This document shows, piece after piece, positions 63,103-64,000 of a DNA stretch of 64,000 bases. The stretch lies in IMG/VR virus record IMGVR_UViG_3300033182_000674, positions 1-64,000 of that record; one strand, written 5' to 3'. The notes under the pieces were generated by a model, which did no database searches, was not told where the DNA came from, and worked only from the letters and a program-made list of their open reading frames with translations. The number at the start of each line of letters is the position of its first letter. The stretch's first letter is position 1. A program made the translations under genes and the position numbers.

Positions 63103-63953
63103 TATAAAAACTCCTGTACATTTTCTAATAAAAGCTTACAGCGCTTTTGTACCAAATATGGAAAAACCTTTCCTTTATTAGGATATGGATCTTGACTTTC
63201 ATACATATTTAGGATCTTTTCTATAACTGGTTCTGGTGTTTCAGATAGATCAATTAGTTTCTTATTACGAATAAAGTTACGATATACATCAGCACCCATA
63301 GCTTTTTCCATATCTTCTGATGCTAACCAAGCTTCCATTTTCTTTTTGGTTACAGGTGTTTGACGACGTCCATCAACAAATACATTGTCATCAGACATAA
63401 CATTAGGTACACCATCACCAGCATCACCTTTAAAGATATGCTCCATTAGTGTTAAACGTGGATTATCTGATTTAACAAATTTCTTTGTCATTGGAGAGAA
63501 TTGTTTGATGTTATCGTATTTCTGTAGTTGTACAAAGTCTTTATCCGCAGAAACAATCATAACTTGTTCATGTTTACCAAACTCTTGTGTGCTTAATGCA
63601 ATATGAGCAATAGCATCATCGGCTTCACAACCATGAACTTGTAGAACATGATAAGGGAAGTTTTCTTTGATTTCTTCTCTAATCATATTAATAATACGGA
63701 AAGCTTCATCCCAATCAATAGGAGATTCTTCACGGCCTTCCTTACGTTTAAATTTATATTGAGGGAAATACTCTTTACGCCAGTTATCTTTGCCATCTGC
63801 AACAATAACTACTTCGCCATAGTCTTTATGAAACTTTTGACGATACATACGAATAGAGTTTAGAATCATATGTCGAAGAAGGTTTTCCTCGACTGCGAGC
63901 TTTTGCACCACTAGGTTGCCAACGGCAATACCGTTAAAATCAATTATAATCAT
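63102..63953 (-). CDS. rnh: T4-like RNase H (5'-3' exonuclease)
   Basis: IIDFNGI, LRHMILNSIR, WRK..FPQYK, EADDAI, IVSADKDFVQLQ, GDAGDGVPN. Confidence 0.95.
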   Translation of the reverse strand: MIIIDFNGIAVGNLVVQKLAVEENLLRHMILNSIRMYRQKFHKDYGEVVIVADGKDNWRKEYFPQYKFKRKEGREESPIDWDEAFRIINMIREEIKENFPYHVLQVHGCEADDAIAHIALSTQEFGKHEQVMIVSADKDFVQLQKYDNIKQFSPMTKKFVKSDNPRLTLMEHIFKGDAGDGVPNVMSDDNVFVDGRRQTPVTKKKMEAWLASEDMEKAMGADVYRNFIRNKKLIDLSETPEPVIEKILNMYESQDPYPNKGKVFPYLVQKRCKLLLENVQEFL

Positions 63954-64000
63954 AATATGTTCCTGTGTTAGTATACTAATTATATCACAGCCGAGTGAGA

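Noticed and set aside
1-64000. Stop-codon reassignment or alternative genetic code
   Set aside because: Known genes translate full length under the standard code, and no suppressor tRNA was found.

Overview
AT-rich fragment of a large T4-like myovirus genome, almost all on the minus strand. T4 core markers include gp32, gp33, dsbA, gp4, rnh, a GroES-type chaperonin and many TATAAATA late promoters. About 60 kb of accessory DNA lies between rnh and the gp33/gp32 pair. Three DsrC/TusE-family genes, tusA and a sulfur-globule-protein-like gene point to a sulfur-oxidising gammaproteobacterial host (SUP05-like; this is inference). Main observations: (1) Two tRNA genes (Ile2-like CAT and Arg) appear split by cassettes that carry a late promoter, a PD-(D/E)xK homing-type endonuclease and an intact, sequence-divergent replacement tRNA. 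(2) Nine paralogous late genes in two arrays share an N-terminal anchor/cadherin-like module and carry either six-bladed propeller repeats or unrelated C-termini; one array abuts a 10-gene glycosyl-/sulfo-/methyltransferase cluster. (3) A sulfur-relay gene set includes an unannotated 27-aa Cys peptide and a structured RNA candidate. (4) A plus-strand late operon encodes eight envelope-targeted proteins, some pilin- or chaperone-like. (5) Six dispersed promoter/stem-loop (PeSL-like) cassettes. Also present are six intact tRNAs, pstS, a porin, dps and ahpC. All family calls come from motif recognition by eye; no database searches were run.
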